A stretch of 63,073 nt of DNA from Vicinamibacterales bacterium (GTDB lineage Bacteria; Acidobacteriota; Vicinamibacteria; Vicinamibacterales; CAVVIG01): NCBI GenBank assembly GCA_049679965.1, contig JBAUGX010000111.1, forward strand, positions 1 through 63,073, given 5' to 3'. Below are positions 50,383 to 60,000 of this stretch, piece after piece. The notes beneath the pieces are model-generated. The model did no database searches. It worked only from the letters and a program-made list of their open reading frames with translations, and was not told where the DNA came from. Position 1 is the first letter of the stretch. Every line of letters begins with the position of its first letter. Both the position numbers and the translations under genes were made by a program.

Positions 50383-51435
50383 ATGAAGGCAATCACCCTC
50401 GGCGCGGCGGCCCTGTTGATGTTGTCGATTGGGTTCGGTGCAGGCGCTGCCGTGGCGCAGCAACCGCCGCCGCAACAAGCACAGCAACCGCAGCCATTCT
50501 TCGTCGGCAACCGCCTTGGGCTCCCGATCAATCCGGCCGCCGACGGGACCTTCAATCCGATCTCGCCGAACGTGAAGGTGTACGGCGCCATCTACTCGGC
50601 GGAGAGTTGCTCCTACGATCCGGTCCGTGGCGTGATCGTCGTCCCGAACCGGGGCGTCGGGCAGAACGTGCAGACCAACAACGCCTGGGTGTCGTTCATC
50701 AACCACGACGGATCGGTCCACACCGCCCGCTGGATCGGCATCCAGAACCCCGGCGACCAGCGCAACAACCTGACCCCGCCGCTCGTCATGAACGAGCCTC
50801 TCGGCAGTGACATCGCCAACGGCATCCTGTACCTGGCTGACCGCGACGGCGGCACCGGACCGAACGACCCTGCCGTGTCGGTGATCCGCCGGTTCAATAT
50901 GCAGACGGGTGTCCCGGCCGGCGAGATCCGCGTGGAGCGTTCGACGGGATTCAACGACATCGAAGTGGCCGACGACGGCACGATCTACGCGACCCAGACC
51001 GGTACTGGCGGTCAGATGCCTGACCCAACGTCCTGGCAGGTGTGGAAGATCACGCGCGAGGGCATTGCGTCAATCTTCGTCCAGGGCGCTCCGCTGCGGC
51101 AGCCCAACGGCATCGCCTTCGACCCGCAAGGCAACATCGTCGTCGTGAACATCGGCAACACCGAGGTGCTGACCTTTTCGCCGGCCGGCCAGTTGCTGAA
51201 GACGGAGAACGCGGTCCAGGCCGGCAACGACGGCCTCGTGATCATGGCCGACGGCACCAAGTACGTGAGCAGCGTCCAGAACGGCGGCGTGTCTCGCATC
51301 CGTCCCGGCCGGCCGGCCGAGCTCATCGCCCAGAACATCCCGAACGGCGCGTCGATGTGCTACGACGCGGGGGCGAACCAGCTGGTGATCCCGATGAACG
51401 CCAACAACGGACTGGCGTTCGTGCCACTCAACTAG
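50383..51435 (+). CDS. secreted beta-propeller protein (SGL/NHL-like)
   Basis: GAAGGAGG lies upstream. The signal peptide is MKAITLGAAALLMLSIGFGAGAAVA. Repeated blade-like segments are present (NGIAFDPQGNIVVVNIGN, DGLVIMADGTKYVS). Confidence 0.6.
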   Translation: MKAITLGAAALLMLSIGFGAGAAVAQQPPPQQAQQPQPFFVGNRLGLPINPAADGTFNPISPNVKVYGAIYSAESCSYDPVRGVIVVPNRGVGQNVQTNNAWVSFINHDGSVHTARWIGIQNPGDQRNNLTPPLVMNEPLGSDIANGILYLADRDGGTGPNDPAVSVIRRFNMQTGVPAGEIRVERSTGFNDIEVADDGTIYATQTGTGGQMPDPTSWQVWKITREGIASIFVQGAPLRQPNGIAFDPQGNIVVVNIGNTEVLTFSPAGQLLKTENAVQAGNDGLVIMADGTKYVSSVQNGGVSRIRPGRPAELIAQNIPNGASMCYDAGANQLVIPMNANNGLAFVPLN

Positions 51436-51454
51436 ACGCGTTCTTCACAGCACT

Positions 51455-52285
51455 GTGGCGTTCATCAAGCGCCATGACGGAGTCGTGAACCTCATCCTCC
51501 TGGCTCCCGACGAGATCGGCGCCACAGGCGGTGTCCGCCTGTCGGGACATCGCGCCGCGCATCTACGCAATGTACTCGAGGTCGCGCGCGGGCAGCGCGT
51601 GCGCATTGGCGTCATCGACGGCGCGCACGGCGTGGGCATCGTGGAGAGGATCGGCGACGACACGATCGACCTGCAGTGCTCGTTCGAGACCACCGTGCCG
51701 ATGCGTCCGTCCGTGGACCTGCTGCTGGCGTTGCCTCGACCGAAGGTTCTGCGGCGGCTCTGGGCCCAACTCACCGCCCTAGGAGTCGGGCAGATCATCC
51801 TGACCAATGCGGAACGCGTCGAACGCAACTACTTCGACACACACGTGCTCGGCGAAGCCTGCTACCGGCCGCTGCTGATTGAAGGCCTGCAGCAGGCGCG
51901 CGACACGCGGCTGCCGGCTGTCTCCGTCCACCGGCGATTCAAGGTCTTGGTCGAGGACGATCTGAACGGCCTGTCGAGCGACGGTCTTCGTGTCGCGGCC
52001 GATCCGGGGGCGGTGCAGCCGGTCGGCGCCCTGGTGCGGCAGCACCATCCGGCGCGCGTCCTGCTTGCCATCGGCCCCGAAGGCGGATGGAGTGCGTTCG
52101 AGCTCAATCTGCTCGGAGCGCACGGCTTCCAGTCCGTCGGCATCGGTCCGCGCACGCTCCGCTCCGACACAGCGTGCATCGCGTTGGTCGCGCTCGTCCA
52201 CGACGCGATCGGCCCGGTCGCGCGCACGGCCGATGAGTCGGCGTCCTGGCAGGAATCCGTTGACAATGCCAGCCCGGGCGCTTAA
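51455..52285 (+). CDS. rsmE: 16S rRNA (uracil1498-N3)-methyltransferase
   Basis: The protein reads HLRNVLEVARGQRVRIGVIDG...LLLALPRPKVLRRLWAQLTALGVGQIIL...LLAIGPEGGWSAFE...LGPRTLRSDTA. The true start is possibly GTG 51485. Confidence 0.8.
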   Translation: MAFIKRHDGVVNLILLAPDEIGATGGVRLSGHRAAHLRNVLEVARGQRVRIGVIDGAHGVGIVERIGDDTIDLQCSFETTVPMRPSVDLLLALPRPKVLRRLWAQLTALGVGQIILTNAERVERNYFDTHVLGEACYRPLLIEGLQQARDTRLPAVSVHRRFKVLVEDDLNGLSSDGLRVAADPGAVQPVGALVRQHHPARVLLAIGPEGGWSAFELNLLGAHGFQSVGIGPRTLRSDTACIALVALVHDAIGPVARTADESASWQESVDNASPGA

Positions 52286-52324
52286 CGTGTTTTCCTGAAC
52301 TGTTCCACTGACAGAGGCCTCAGC

Positions 52325-54493
52325 ATGACTCAGAAGACTTTGCTTGCACGACTGACCGTGGCTGCATTTGCGGGGTTCGTGGCGGTGTCGTTTGTCGGCT
52401 TGCGCGGCCAGGCGCCCTCAGCCGCCGTCGCGATCGACAACGACGACATCGGTGGCGTCGTCACCGGCGCTCGCGGGCCCGAGGCGGGCGTCTGGGTCAT
52501 CGCCGAAACGACCGACACGCCGACGCGCTTCATCAAGATTGTCGTCACAGACGATCAGGGCCGATACCTCGTGCCCGATCTCCCGAACGGCGCTTACGAC
52601 CTGTGGGTGCGCGGCTACGGCCTCGTCGACTCTCCGAAGGTCAAGAGCACGAAGGGCCAGACGGTCGATCTGCGAGCGGTACCCGCGCCAGACGCGCGCG
52701 CGGCCGCGCAGTACTACCCGGCACAGTACTGGTTTGCGCTCATGCAGGTGCCGCCCGCAAGCGATTTTCCTGGCACCGGACCACAGGGCAACGGGATTTC
52801 GCCGAACATGCGAACGCAGGGTGAATTCATTCGCAGCATCGTCAACACGGACGGCTGCTCGGGCTGCCATCAGATGGGCAACAAGGCGACCCGCGAGCTG
52901 CTGCCGGCCCTTGGCACGTTTGAAACGTCGACCGCGGCATGGGATCGGCGGATTCAGTCCGGTCAGGCCGGCGGAGGCATGAACAACCGCTTCACCCAGG
53001 TCGGGCGCGCGCGCGCGTTGGAGATGTACGCGAGCTGGACCGACCGCATCGCCAAAGGCGAGCTGCCGACCGCGGCACCCGCCCGCCCGCAGGGCCGCGA
53101 GCGCAACATGGTCGTCACGATGTGGGACTGGGCGGATCCGAAGGCGTATTTGCACGACGAGATCGCCACCGACAAACGGAATCCGACCGTGAATGCGAAC
53201 GGGCCGATTTACGGCGCGCTCGAAGAGAGCGCCGACTACATGCCGGTCGTCGATCCGAAGACCAACTCGATCAGCCAGGTGAAGCTGACCGTTCGCGATC
53301 CGAACACGCCGAGCGCCGCGAACACGCCTTCGCCCCAGCCGTCGCCGTACTGGGGTGACGAAGTGATTTGGAGCAGCAAGACGAGTACGCACAGTTTCGC
53401 GATGGACGGTCAGGCCCGCGTGTGGGCCGCGTCGCGCATCCGTGCGGTGCAGACGCTGCCGTGGTGCCGGGCCGGATCGGATCATCCGTCGGCCAAAGCG
53501 TTTCCGATCCAGCAGAGCGGCCGGCAGCTCGAGATGTACGACCCGAAGACCAGGCAGACCACACCGATCGACACGTGCTACAGCTGGGGCCACGCCAACT
53601 TCGACAAGAACGATGTGCTGTGGTCTTCGTTCGGGCCCGGCGTCGAGGGGTGGTTCGACACGAGGATCTGGGACAGGACGCACGACGAGCAGAAGGCCCA
53701 GGGCTGGACGGCGTTCATCCTCGACACCAACGGCAACGGCAAGCGCGACGTGTACTCAGAGCCCAACGAGCCGGCCGATCCGATGCTCGACCGGCGGTTG
53801 AACGTGTCGTTCTACGGCGTCTCGCCCGCCTCCGACGGATCCGTCTGGGGATCGGTGCAGGGCATGCCGGGCGGGCTGGGCCGTCTGGTCCCCGGGCCGA
53901 ATCCGCCGGCAACGGCGCTCACCGAATACTACGAAGTGCCGTTCAAGGATCCGAGGGCGTCCGGCTCCGGCTTTTCGCCTCGCGGCATGGACATCGACAG
54001 TAAAGATGTTGTCTGGACCGTCCTTTCGAGCGGCCAGCTCGCCAGCTTCGATCGCCGCCTGTGCAAGGGTCCCCTGAACGGGCCGAACGCGACAGGCAAG
54101 CAGTGCCCCGAAGGCTGGAAGCTCTACGCGGCTCCCGGCCCCAACTTCAAGGGTGCGGTCGATTCGGCAAGCTCGGACTCGCTCTACTACAACTTCACCG
54201 ATCAGTTCGACATGCTGGGGCTCGGCAAGGACGTGCCGATTGCGACCGGCAATCAGTCGGAAGCGCTGCTCGCGTTGGTCGACGGCGCGTTTCTGACCCT
54301 GCGCGTGCCGTATCCGCTCGGGTTCTTCGCCAAGGGCATGGACGGCCGGATTGACGACCCGAACGGCGGATGGAAGGGAAAGGCGATCTACACGACCTTC
54401 GCGACCCGGGCGCCGTTTCACCTCGAAGGTGGCAAGGGGACGACGAGCAAGCTCGTCAAGGTGCAGGTGAGGCCGAACTCGCTCGCCAAGTAA
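52325..54493 (+). CDS. secreted CarboxypepD_reg-like + single CXXCH haem-motif protein
   Basis: A signal/TM N-terminus is followed by GGVVTGARGPEAGVWVIAE...DDQGRYLVPDLPNGAYDLWVRGYG and then CSGCHQMG. The protein is 722 aa. Confidence 0.7.
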   Translation: MTQKTLLARLTVAAFAGFVAVSFVGLRGQAPSAAVAIDNDDIGGVVTGARGPEAGVWVIAETTDTPTRFIKIVVTDDQGRYLVPDLPNGAYDLWVRGYGLVDSPKVKSTKGQTVDLRAVPAPDARAAAQYYPAQYWFALMQVPPASDFPGTGPQGNGISPNMRTQGEFIRSIVNTDGCSGCHQMGNKATRELLPALGTFETSTAAWDRRIQSGQAGGGMNNRFTQVGRARALEMYASWTDRIAKGELPTAAPARPQGRERNMVVTMWDWADPKAYLHDEIATDKRNPTVNANGPIYGALEESADYMPVVDPKTNSISQVKLTVRDPNTPSAANTPSPQPSPYWGDEVIWSSKTSTHSFAMDGQARVWAASRIRAVQTLPWCRAGSDHPSAKAFPIQQSGRQLEMYDPKTRQTTPIDTCYSWGHANFDKNDVLWSSFGPGVEGWFDTRIWDRTHDEQKAQGWTAFILDTNGNGKRDVYSEPNEPADPMLDRRLNVSFYGVSPASDGSVWGSVQGMPGGLGRLVPGPNPPATALTEYYEVPFKDPRASGSGFSPRGMDIDSKDVVWTVLSSGQLASFDRRLCKGPLNGPNATGKQCPEGWKLYAAPGPNFKGAVDSASSDSLYYNFTDQFDMLGLGKDVPIATGNQSEALLALVDGAFLTLRVPYPLGFFAKGMDGRIDDPNGGWKGKAIYTTFATRAPFHLEGGKGTTSKLVKVQVRPNSLAK

Positions 54494-54508
54494 CGGGCGC
54501 TGGGGCCC

Positions 54509-54907
54509 CTACTTCTTCATGAGAGTCCGGACGTAATTGACGACGTTCCAGATGTCCTGCTCCTTGAGGCCTTGCTGGCCGAACGCGGCCATGTCGAAGG
54601 CGGGCGCCACGCCCTTTCTGATCGTTTCGAAGATTTCGCCGTCGGTCGAGCCGTGCTTCAACTTGCCGGTGATGCTCGGCGCGGGCGGCGTCAGGTCGTT
54701 GCCCGGGCTGCCTTCTCCGTCGATCCCGTGGCAGTTGGCGCAGTTGCGGTAGTACAGCACCTTTCCTGCGGCAATCGACTCGGGTGACGCCGCGACTGGA
54801 TTCTGCAATTTCGCCGCTTCAGAATTGCCCTGCGCCAGCGGGCGAACGCCGGCAAGCACCGCGACCGCGAGTCCGGCGACCAGAGCTTTCAACAAGAATC
54901 CGCGCAC
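54509..54907 (-). CDS. c-type cytochrome
   Basis: The haem-binding context is CANCHG. The signal peptide is VRGFLLKALVAGLAVAVLAG. GTG 54907 lies 5 nt after GGGAGG. Confidence 0.8.
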   Translation of the reverse strand: MRGFLLKALVAGLAVAVLAGVRPLAQGNSEAAKLQNPVAASPESIAAGKVLYYRNCANCHGIDGEGSPGNDLTPPAPSITGKLKHGSTDGEIFETIRKGVAPAFDMAAFGQQGLKEQDIWNVVNYVRTLMKK

Positions 54908-55064
54908 GCGTGCCTCCCTGCGAAAACAATATTCTAAGTCGGGAGCCACCACGTTTGCCGCAACTGGGTGTCACCCATGTCTCCAGACTGATCTGTTACC
55001 TATCTCGCCGACCGCTCACATGGCTTACACAGGACTGTGTCAGGTGGATGGCCCCAAGACTGAG

Positions 55065-55796
55065 TCAAGTGCGAGGCCTGGCGAGAACGAATAGGGGTTT
55101 CCTTGCCAGGACAACAGTGAATGCCATTGCAGCCCACACGAGGGCGTTGACGACCATGAATGAGGTCTCGTTGATGATGCTGTAGGAGAACAGGTTCGTG
55201 ATGTTGATCATCAGATGGAAGACCGCGGCAAGAATGACGTTGAAGGCCGTTGCCTGGACCAGAGCGTAGATTACGACGCTGTATGAGACGATCAAGAGCA
55301 GGACGAAGCCCATGTAGAGGAGACCGTTCTGGTAGAGGCCCACATGCCAGAGGGCCCACATGATGCCGACGATGAATGAAGACGCCACACCGGTGAGGCG
55401 GATGTTAAAACCCTTGTGGAGATAGCCGCGCCACCCGAGCTCTTCGCCGAAAGCCCCGAGGGGCATCCATAGGAGCAGGAGCCATGGGGTGGGCGCCGAG
55501 TCTCCGAAGGGGATCGCGCCGAGGATCAGCGTGTTGATGAGATAGACCGCAAGGGCGCCACCAAGGGGGACAAGGGCAGCGACGACGTACCGAGATAGAG
55601 GAATGCTCCGGTCGACGACCGAGAACCGATGATCATCTCCGCGGAAGATGACAAGCATGACAAGAGCGGCGAGGCCAGGGCCCCATTGAGGCAAGATGAC
55701 TGCCTCGGGTGAGATAGAAGCGCCTTCCTGAATTCCTCCCAAGATGATAGTGAACACGAAGGCGAGGACGTAGAAGATAACCACCTTGAGGATCAT
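55065..55796 (-). CDS. CPBP-family intramembrane glutamic endopeptidase (CAAX/Abi)
   Basis: Motifs EELGWRGYL, MWALWH and AAVFHLMIN are present in a multi-TM protein. Two 60-nt lines here (55141-55260) counted 52-53% G+C, versus about 70% elsewhere. Confidence 0.8.
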   Translation of the reverse strand: MILKVVIFYVLAFVFTIILGGIQEGASISPEAVILPQWGPGLAALVMLVIFRGDDHRFSVVDRSIPLSRYVVAALVPLGGALAVYLINTLILGAIPFGDSAPTPWLLLLWMPLGAFGEELGWRGYLHKGFNIRLTGVASSFIVGIMWALWHVGLYQNGLLYMGFVLLLIVSYSVVIYALVQATAFNVILAAVFHLMINITNLFSYSIINETSFMVVNALVWAAMAFTVVLARKPLFVLARPRT

Positions 55797-55884
55797 GGTG
55801 AACTTCCGAGTTGGAACGCATGGATCTCTGCTTCGTGAGCCAGCCGAACCGTTGAGAGCGGCACGCGATCGTCGTGTGAGCCCC

Positions 55885-56466
55885 CTAACGGCGGGTGCGC
55901 GGACGCGGCTTCGACGCCGACTCGGCGCCGGGCGGTTCCCTGAAGGGTTGAACAGGGACGCGCTCGTAGCGGACGTCGAGGATCTGCAGGTCCACTGACC
56001 CGGCTGGTGCGTGAAGCGCCACGCGGTCGCCTGGTCCGGACTTCATCAAGGCGCGCGCCAGCGGCGACAACCAGCTGACATGGCGGCGATCCAGATCAAC
56101 TTCGTCAGCGCCGACGACGCTCACCACCTGTTCCGCGCCAGCGCCATTGACGTAGCGCACGGTGGCTCCGAAGAAGACCTGCGTCGCGGCCCGCCCGCTT
56201 CTTCGAGATTCCGGGTCCACAACATGAGCGGCATCGATCCGTTTCGCGAGGAAACGGATCCGTCCATCGATCTGGCGCAGCCGCCGCTTGCCGTACTGAT
56301 AGTCGGCATTTTCACTTCGGTCGCCATTGCTCGCCGCCCAGGCCACCACCTCCGTTACCGCCGGTCGTTCCCGAGTAAGCAGAAACCGGAGCTCATCCTG
56401 GAGACGCTGCAAGCCGCCCGGAGTGATGTAGTTCTTGACGGGTCCTTTCGCGATCTTCGTGCTCAT
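55885..56466 (-). CDS. greB: transcript cleavage factor GreB-like
   Basis: The protein reads NYITPGGLQRLQDELRFLL..RP.V...V..A...GDRSENADYQYGK.R..ID.RI.FL. The C-terminal domain contains VSWLSPLARALMKSGPGD. The start is at MSTKIAK. Confidence 0.85.
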   Translation of the reverse strand: MSTKIAKGPVKNYITPGGLQRLQDELRFLLTRERPAVTEVVAWAASNGDRSENADYQYGKRRLRQIDGRIRFLAKRIDAAHVVDPESRRSGRAATQVFFGATVRYVNGAGAEQVVSVVGADEVDLDRRHVSWLSPLARALMKSGPGDRVALHAPAGSVDLQILDVRYERVPVQPFREPPGAESASKPRPRTRR

Positions 56467-56485
56467 CCGGCTCAACCGATTCTTG

Positions 56486-57019
56486 TTATCGTGGGTTACG
56501 CGGAGCTGATGAAGGCGTCGCGAAGTGCCACACACAAGGAGGCAGGTCATGGCGAAACGTAGCATGTTCGTGGGGATGGATGTCCACAAAGAATCGATCG
56601 ATATCTCGGTGGCCGAGGACGGCCGACAGGGCGAAGTGCGCCGCTACGGCGTGATCTCGGCATGATCCCTTGAGCCGGTCGCCGGGGCGGCCGCTGTTGC
56701 CCCCAAAACCTCCGACCGCGCTCAGTCCCCACAACGCGCCGACACCGAGCGCCACCAGGACGACAGACCAGTAGAGCAGAATTCGGTGTCGGCTGTTGCC
56801 AAGCCGTGCCCCGAGCGCGATAAGACCGTTCCCCGGCAGAATGACGAGTGACCCTTCGAGCGGGTCGAGGGCTCCGATCACCATGGCGACAAGTCCCGCA
56901 ACGACCAGAATGCGCGACCACCGGCCAGCTCCGTTCCACCTCAAGCTGAACGCCCGGAAACCCCGGGGCGCGAAACGACGCAACCCGCCAGCCGCCGAAC
57001 AGGAACCGCTGAATCTCAC
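56486..57019 (-). pseudogene. small membrane protein whose 3' end runs antisense through the IS110 stub (probably disrupted)
   Basis: The TM segments are ILVVAGLVAMVIGAL and ILLYWSVVLVALGVGALWGLSAV. From about 56665 downward the frame is simply the reverse complement of the transposase stub. Confidence 0.35.
56549..56665 (+). pseudogene. IS110-family transposase, N-terminal 38-codon stub
   Basis: AAGGAGG precedes ATG 56549. The ORF reads MAKRSMFVGMDVHKESIDISVAEDGRQGEVRRYGVISA*. The MFVG[MI]DV[HS]K..[IL]D motif is the characteristic IS110 DEDD N-terminus. The ORF is too short to appear in the track. Confidence 0.6.
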
Positions 57020-57030
57020 GGCGTCGCCCC

Positions 57031-58200
57031 TTACGCGAGCTTACGCAGAATGAAACATTTCAGATAGTAAGTCTCGGGCGCGGCGAGAAGCACGGGATGA
57101 TCGCGACCCTGCATTCGCTTTTCGACCACCGTGACGGCCACACGCGCGTCGACCGCCGCTTCGTAGACGATTTCTCCGAAGGTCGCCTCGCCGACGTTGT
57201 ACGAGCAACTGCACGTGACGAGCGTCCCACCGGGCGCCAGCAGCTTGAGCGCGCGCAGGTTGATCTCCTTGTACCCGGCCCGCGCCTTCAAGACGGCCGC
57301 CTTGTTCTTTGCAAAGGCGGGCGGGTCGAGGACGATCGTGTCGAACCGCTCGCCCAGACGCTCCATCCCGCGCAACTCGTCGAACACGTTGCCAACCCGG
57401 GCGTCGACCGCCACGGCGTTGCGCTGGGCGTTCTGCCGCAGACGCGCGACGGCCTCTTCCGACGCGTCGATCGCGATGACCTCGTCACACCGGCGGCCGA
57501 GCACGAGTGAAAACCCGCCGTGGTACGCAAAGCAGTCCAGCAGCCGGCCGCGGGCGTATCCGGCCGCCGCGGCGCGGTTCTCGCGCTGGTCGAGAAACAG
57601 TCCGGTTTTCTGCCCCCGCCGCAGATCGGCCTCGTAGCCGATGCCGAGTTCTGTGACGGCCACCGCGTCCGGGACATCGCCGGCCAGTACGTCCACGCGC
57701 TGATCGAGCCCCTCGAGCAAGCGCGCGCGCACATCGTTGCGCGCCAGAATCCCGCGGGGATGCAACAGTTCGGTCAGTGTGGACACGACCGCCGGAAGCA
57801 GCCGATCCATCCCCTGCGACAGCGCCTGGACGACCAGATAGTCGCCGTACCGGTCGACGATGAGGGAGGGCAACCGATCGGATTCGCCATGCACGAGCCG
57901 GTACGCGGTCGCATCGATGGCGAGCGTCTCGCGAAAGGCGATGGCCGCCTGGATGCGACGCCGCACGAGTGTCTCGTCGACCACTTCTTCACCGGCGGCC
58001 AACATCCGCAGCGCGATCTGGGATCGGCTGCTGTACAGCGCGTGCCCGAGCTGCCGCCCTCTTGGGTTGCGCACGATCACCACATCGCCGGGATCTGCGT
58101 GAACGTCCCCAAGATCAGACCGATAGATCCACGGGTGGCCGGCGTTCAGACGATCTTCGCCGCGGGCGGAGACAACGACAGTAGGAGTCACAGCAGCCAT
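57031..58200 (-). CDS. rlmI: PUA-domain class I SAM-dependent 23S rRNA m5C methyltransferase (RlmI-like)
   Basis: The protein reads RLNAGHPWIYRSDL...VVIVRN.RG..LG.ALYS..S.I.LRML...GQKTGLFLDQREN...VLDCFAYHGGF...DPPAFAK. Confidence 0.8.
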   Translation of the reverse strand: MAAVTPTVVVSARGEDRLNAGHPWIYRSDLGDVHADPGDVVIVRNPRGRQLGHALYSSRSQIALRMLAAGEEVVDETLVRRRIQAAIAFRETLAIDATAYRLVHGESDRLPSLIVDRYGDYLVVQALSQGMDRLLPAVVSTLTELLHPRGILARNDVRARLLEGLDQRVDVLAGDVPDAVAVTELGIGYEADLRRGQKTGLFLDQRENRAAAAGYARGRLLDCFAYHGGFSLVLGRRCDEVIAIDASEEAVARLRQNAQRNAVAVDARVGNVFDELRGMERLGERFDTIVLDPPAFAKNKAAVLKARAGYKEINLRALKLLAPGGTLVTCSCSYNVGEATFGEIVYEAAVDARVAVTVVEKRMQGRDHPVLLAAPETYYLKCFILRKLA

Positions 58201-58229
58201 CGGAACTTCATATAGTACAATCGCGCGCT

Positions 58230-58676
58230 GTGCGCGTTGCGATCGGCGCCGATCACGCGGGCTTTCTGCTCAAAGAGCATCTGAAGCATACGCTCCAGGG
58301 CCTCGGCCACGTCGTCGAAGATCACGGCACCCACAGCGAGGCGTCGGTCGACTATCCGCCGATCTGCCTGGACGTCGGCCGGGCCGTTGCCGAAGGCCGT
58401 GCCGACCGCGGCATCGTGCTCGGCGGCAGCGGGCAGGGCGAGCAGATCGCCGCCAACAAGGTGCCGGGCGTTCGCGCCGCGCTGTGCAACGATCTCTACA
58501 CCGCGCGGCTGTCACGCGAGCACAACGACGCCAACGTGCTCTCGATGGGCGGCCGGATCGTGGGGTTCGGACTCGCCGACGAGATCGTCACGCTATGGCT
58601 CGGCACGGCGTTTGACGGCGGACGGCATCAGCGACGGATCGATCAGATCAGCGCCGCGGAACGGCGGACCTCATAA
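58230..58676 (+). CDS. rpiB: ribose-5-phosphate isomerase B
   Basis: The protein reads VAIGADHAGFLLKEHLKHTL...GIVLGGSGQGEQIAANKVPGVRAALC...ARLSREHNDANVL.MGGR. The start is GTG. Confidence 0.9.
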   Translation: MRVAIGADHAGFLLKEHLKHTLQGLGHVVEDHGTHSEASVDYPPICLDVGRAVAEGRADRGIVLGGSGQGEQIAANKVPGVRAALCNDLYTARLSREHNDANVLSMGGRIVGFGLADEIVTLWLGTAFDGGRHQRRIDQISAAERRTS

Positions 58677-58731
58677 GGTCCGCCCCACGTACGTAGGCCG
58701 GGCCTTATCAGGCCCGGCGTGAGGGGAGCAG

Positions 58732-60000
58732 ATGGCAACTGAGATGGTGAGCACAATGTGGCGGACCCTGGCGGAAGCGGACCCCGAGGTCGCGCGGGCG
58801 CTCAGAGACGAGCTCCACCGCCAGAATAGCGGGCTCGAGCTCATCGCGTCGGAAAACTTCGTCAGCCGCGCGATCCTCGAGACAGCCGGCTCGATCTTCA
58901 CCAATAAGTACGCCGAAGGGTACCCCGGCAAGCGCTACTACGGCGGCTGCGAGTTCGTCGACGTCGTCGAACGCGCCGCCATCGCGCGGGCCAAGGCGCT
59001 CTTTGGCGCCGAGCACGCCAACGTGCAGCCGCACTCCGGGGCCCAGGCCAACATGTCGGTGTACTTCACGCTGCTCAAGCCGGGCGACACCGTGCTCGGC
59101 ATGAACCTCGCGCACGGCGGGCACCTTACCCACGGCCATCCCCTCAACTTCTCCGGCAAGCTCTACACGATCGTGCCGTACGGCGTCCGGCAGGCGGACG
59201 AGCGGATCGACTACGACGAGCTGTCCCGTCTGGCCGACCAGCACAAGCCGAAGATGATCATCGTCGGCGCCAGCGCGTATCCGCGGGTTATCGAGTTTCC
59301 CCGCATCCGCGCGGTGGCCGATCGCGTTGGTGCGGCGGTCCTGACCGACATGGCCCACATCGCCGGGCTCGTCGCCGCCGAGGTCCACCCGAGCCCGGTG
59401 CCGTACTCCGACTTCGTCACGACGACGACGCACAAGACGCTGAGGGGACCGCGGGCAGGAATGATTCTCTGCAAGGAACAGTACGCGAAGGACCTCGACA
59501 GGAGCGTGTTTCCTGGCGTGCAGGGCGGGCCGCTCATGCACATCATCGCCGCCAAGGCCGTGTGCCTGAAGGAAGCGGCCGAGCCGGCGTTCAAGGTCTA
59601 CCAGCGTCAGATCGTCGCCAACGCGAAGAAGCTCGCCTCCGCCCTCTCAGGCGCCGGCTTCCGGCTCGTGAGCGGCGGCACCGACAATCACCTGATGCTG
59701 GTGGACGTGTTCTCGAAAGGCCTGACGGGCAAGGTGGCCGAGGCCGCGCTTGGCAAGGCGGGCATCACGGTCAACAAGAATGCCATTCCCTTCGACCAGA
59801 ATCCCCCGATGGTGGCGAGCGGTATCCGCCTCGGCACGCCAGCGGTGACGACGCGCGGCATGCGCGAGCCCGAAATGGAGATGATCGGCGACCTCATCAC
59901 ACGGGCGCTCAAGACGCCGGAAGACGATGGCGCCCTCGCGATGGTCCGGGCCGAAGTCGAGGCGCTGTGCCGGAAGTTTCCGTTGTACCCGGAAATCTGA
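58732..60000 (+). CDS. glyA: serine hydroxymethyltransferase
   Basis: The protein reads [36 protein letters not shown]...[12 protein letters not shown]. Confidence 0.97.
   Translation: MATEMVSTMWRTLAEADPEVARALRDELHRQNSGLELIASENFVSRAILETAGSIFTNKYAEGYPGKRYYGGCEFVDVVERAAIARAKALFGAEHANVQPHSGAQANMSVYFTLLKPGDTVLGMNLAHGGHLTHGHPLNFSGKLYTIVPYGVRQADERIDYDELSRLADQHKPKMIIVGASAYPRVIEFPRIRAVADRVGAAVLTDMAHIAGLVAAEVHPSPVPYSDFVTTTTHKTLRGPRAGMILCKEQYAKDLDRSVFPGVQGGPLMHIIAAKAVCLKEAAEPAFKVYQRQIVANAKKLASALSGAGFRLVSGGTDNHLMLVDVFSKGLTGKVAEAALGKAGITVNKNAIPFDQNPPMVASGIRLGTPAVTTRGMREPEMEMIGDLITRALKTPEDDGALAMVRAEVEALCRKFPLYPEI

Noticed and set aside
58697-58718. The GC hairpin GCCGGGCC-ttatca-GGCCCGGC between rpiB and glyA, considered as a terminator or riboswitch.
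   Set aside because: It is only an 8-bp stem with no U-tract, and the 55-nt gap is too short for a riboswitch. It may be a weak terminator or processing site, but I cannot support a call.
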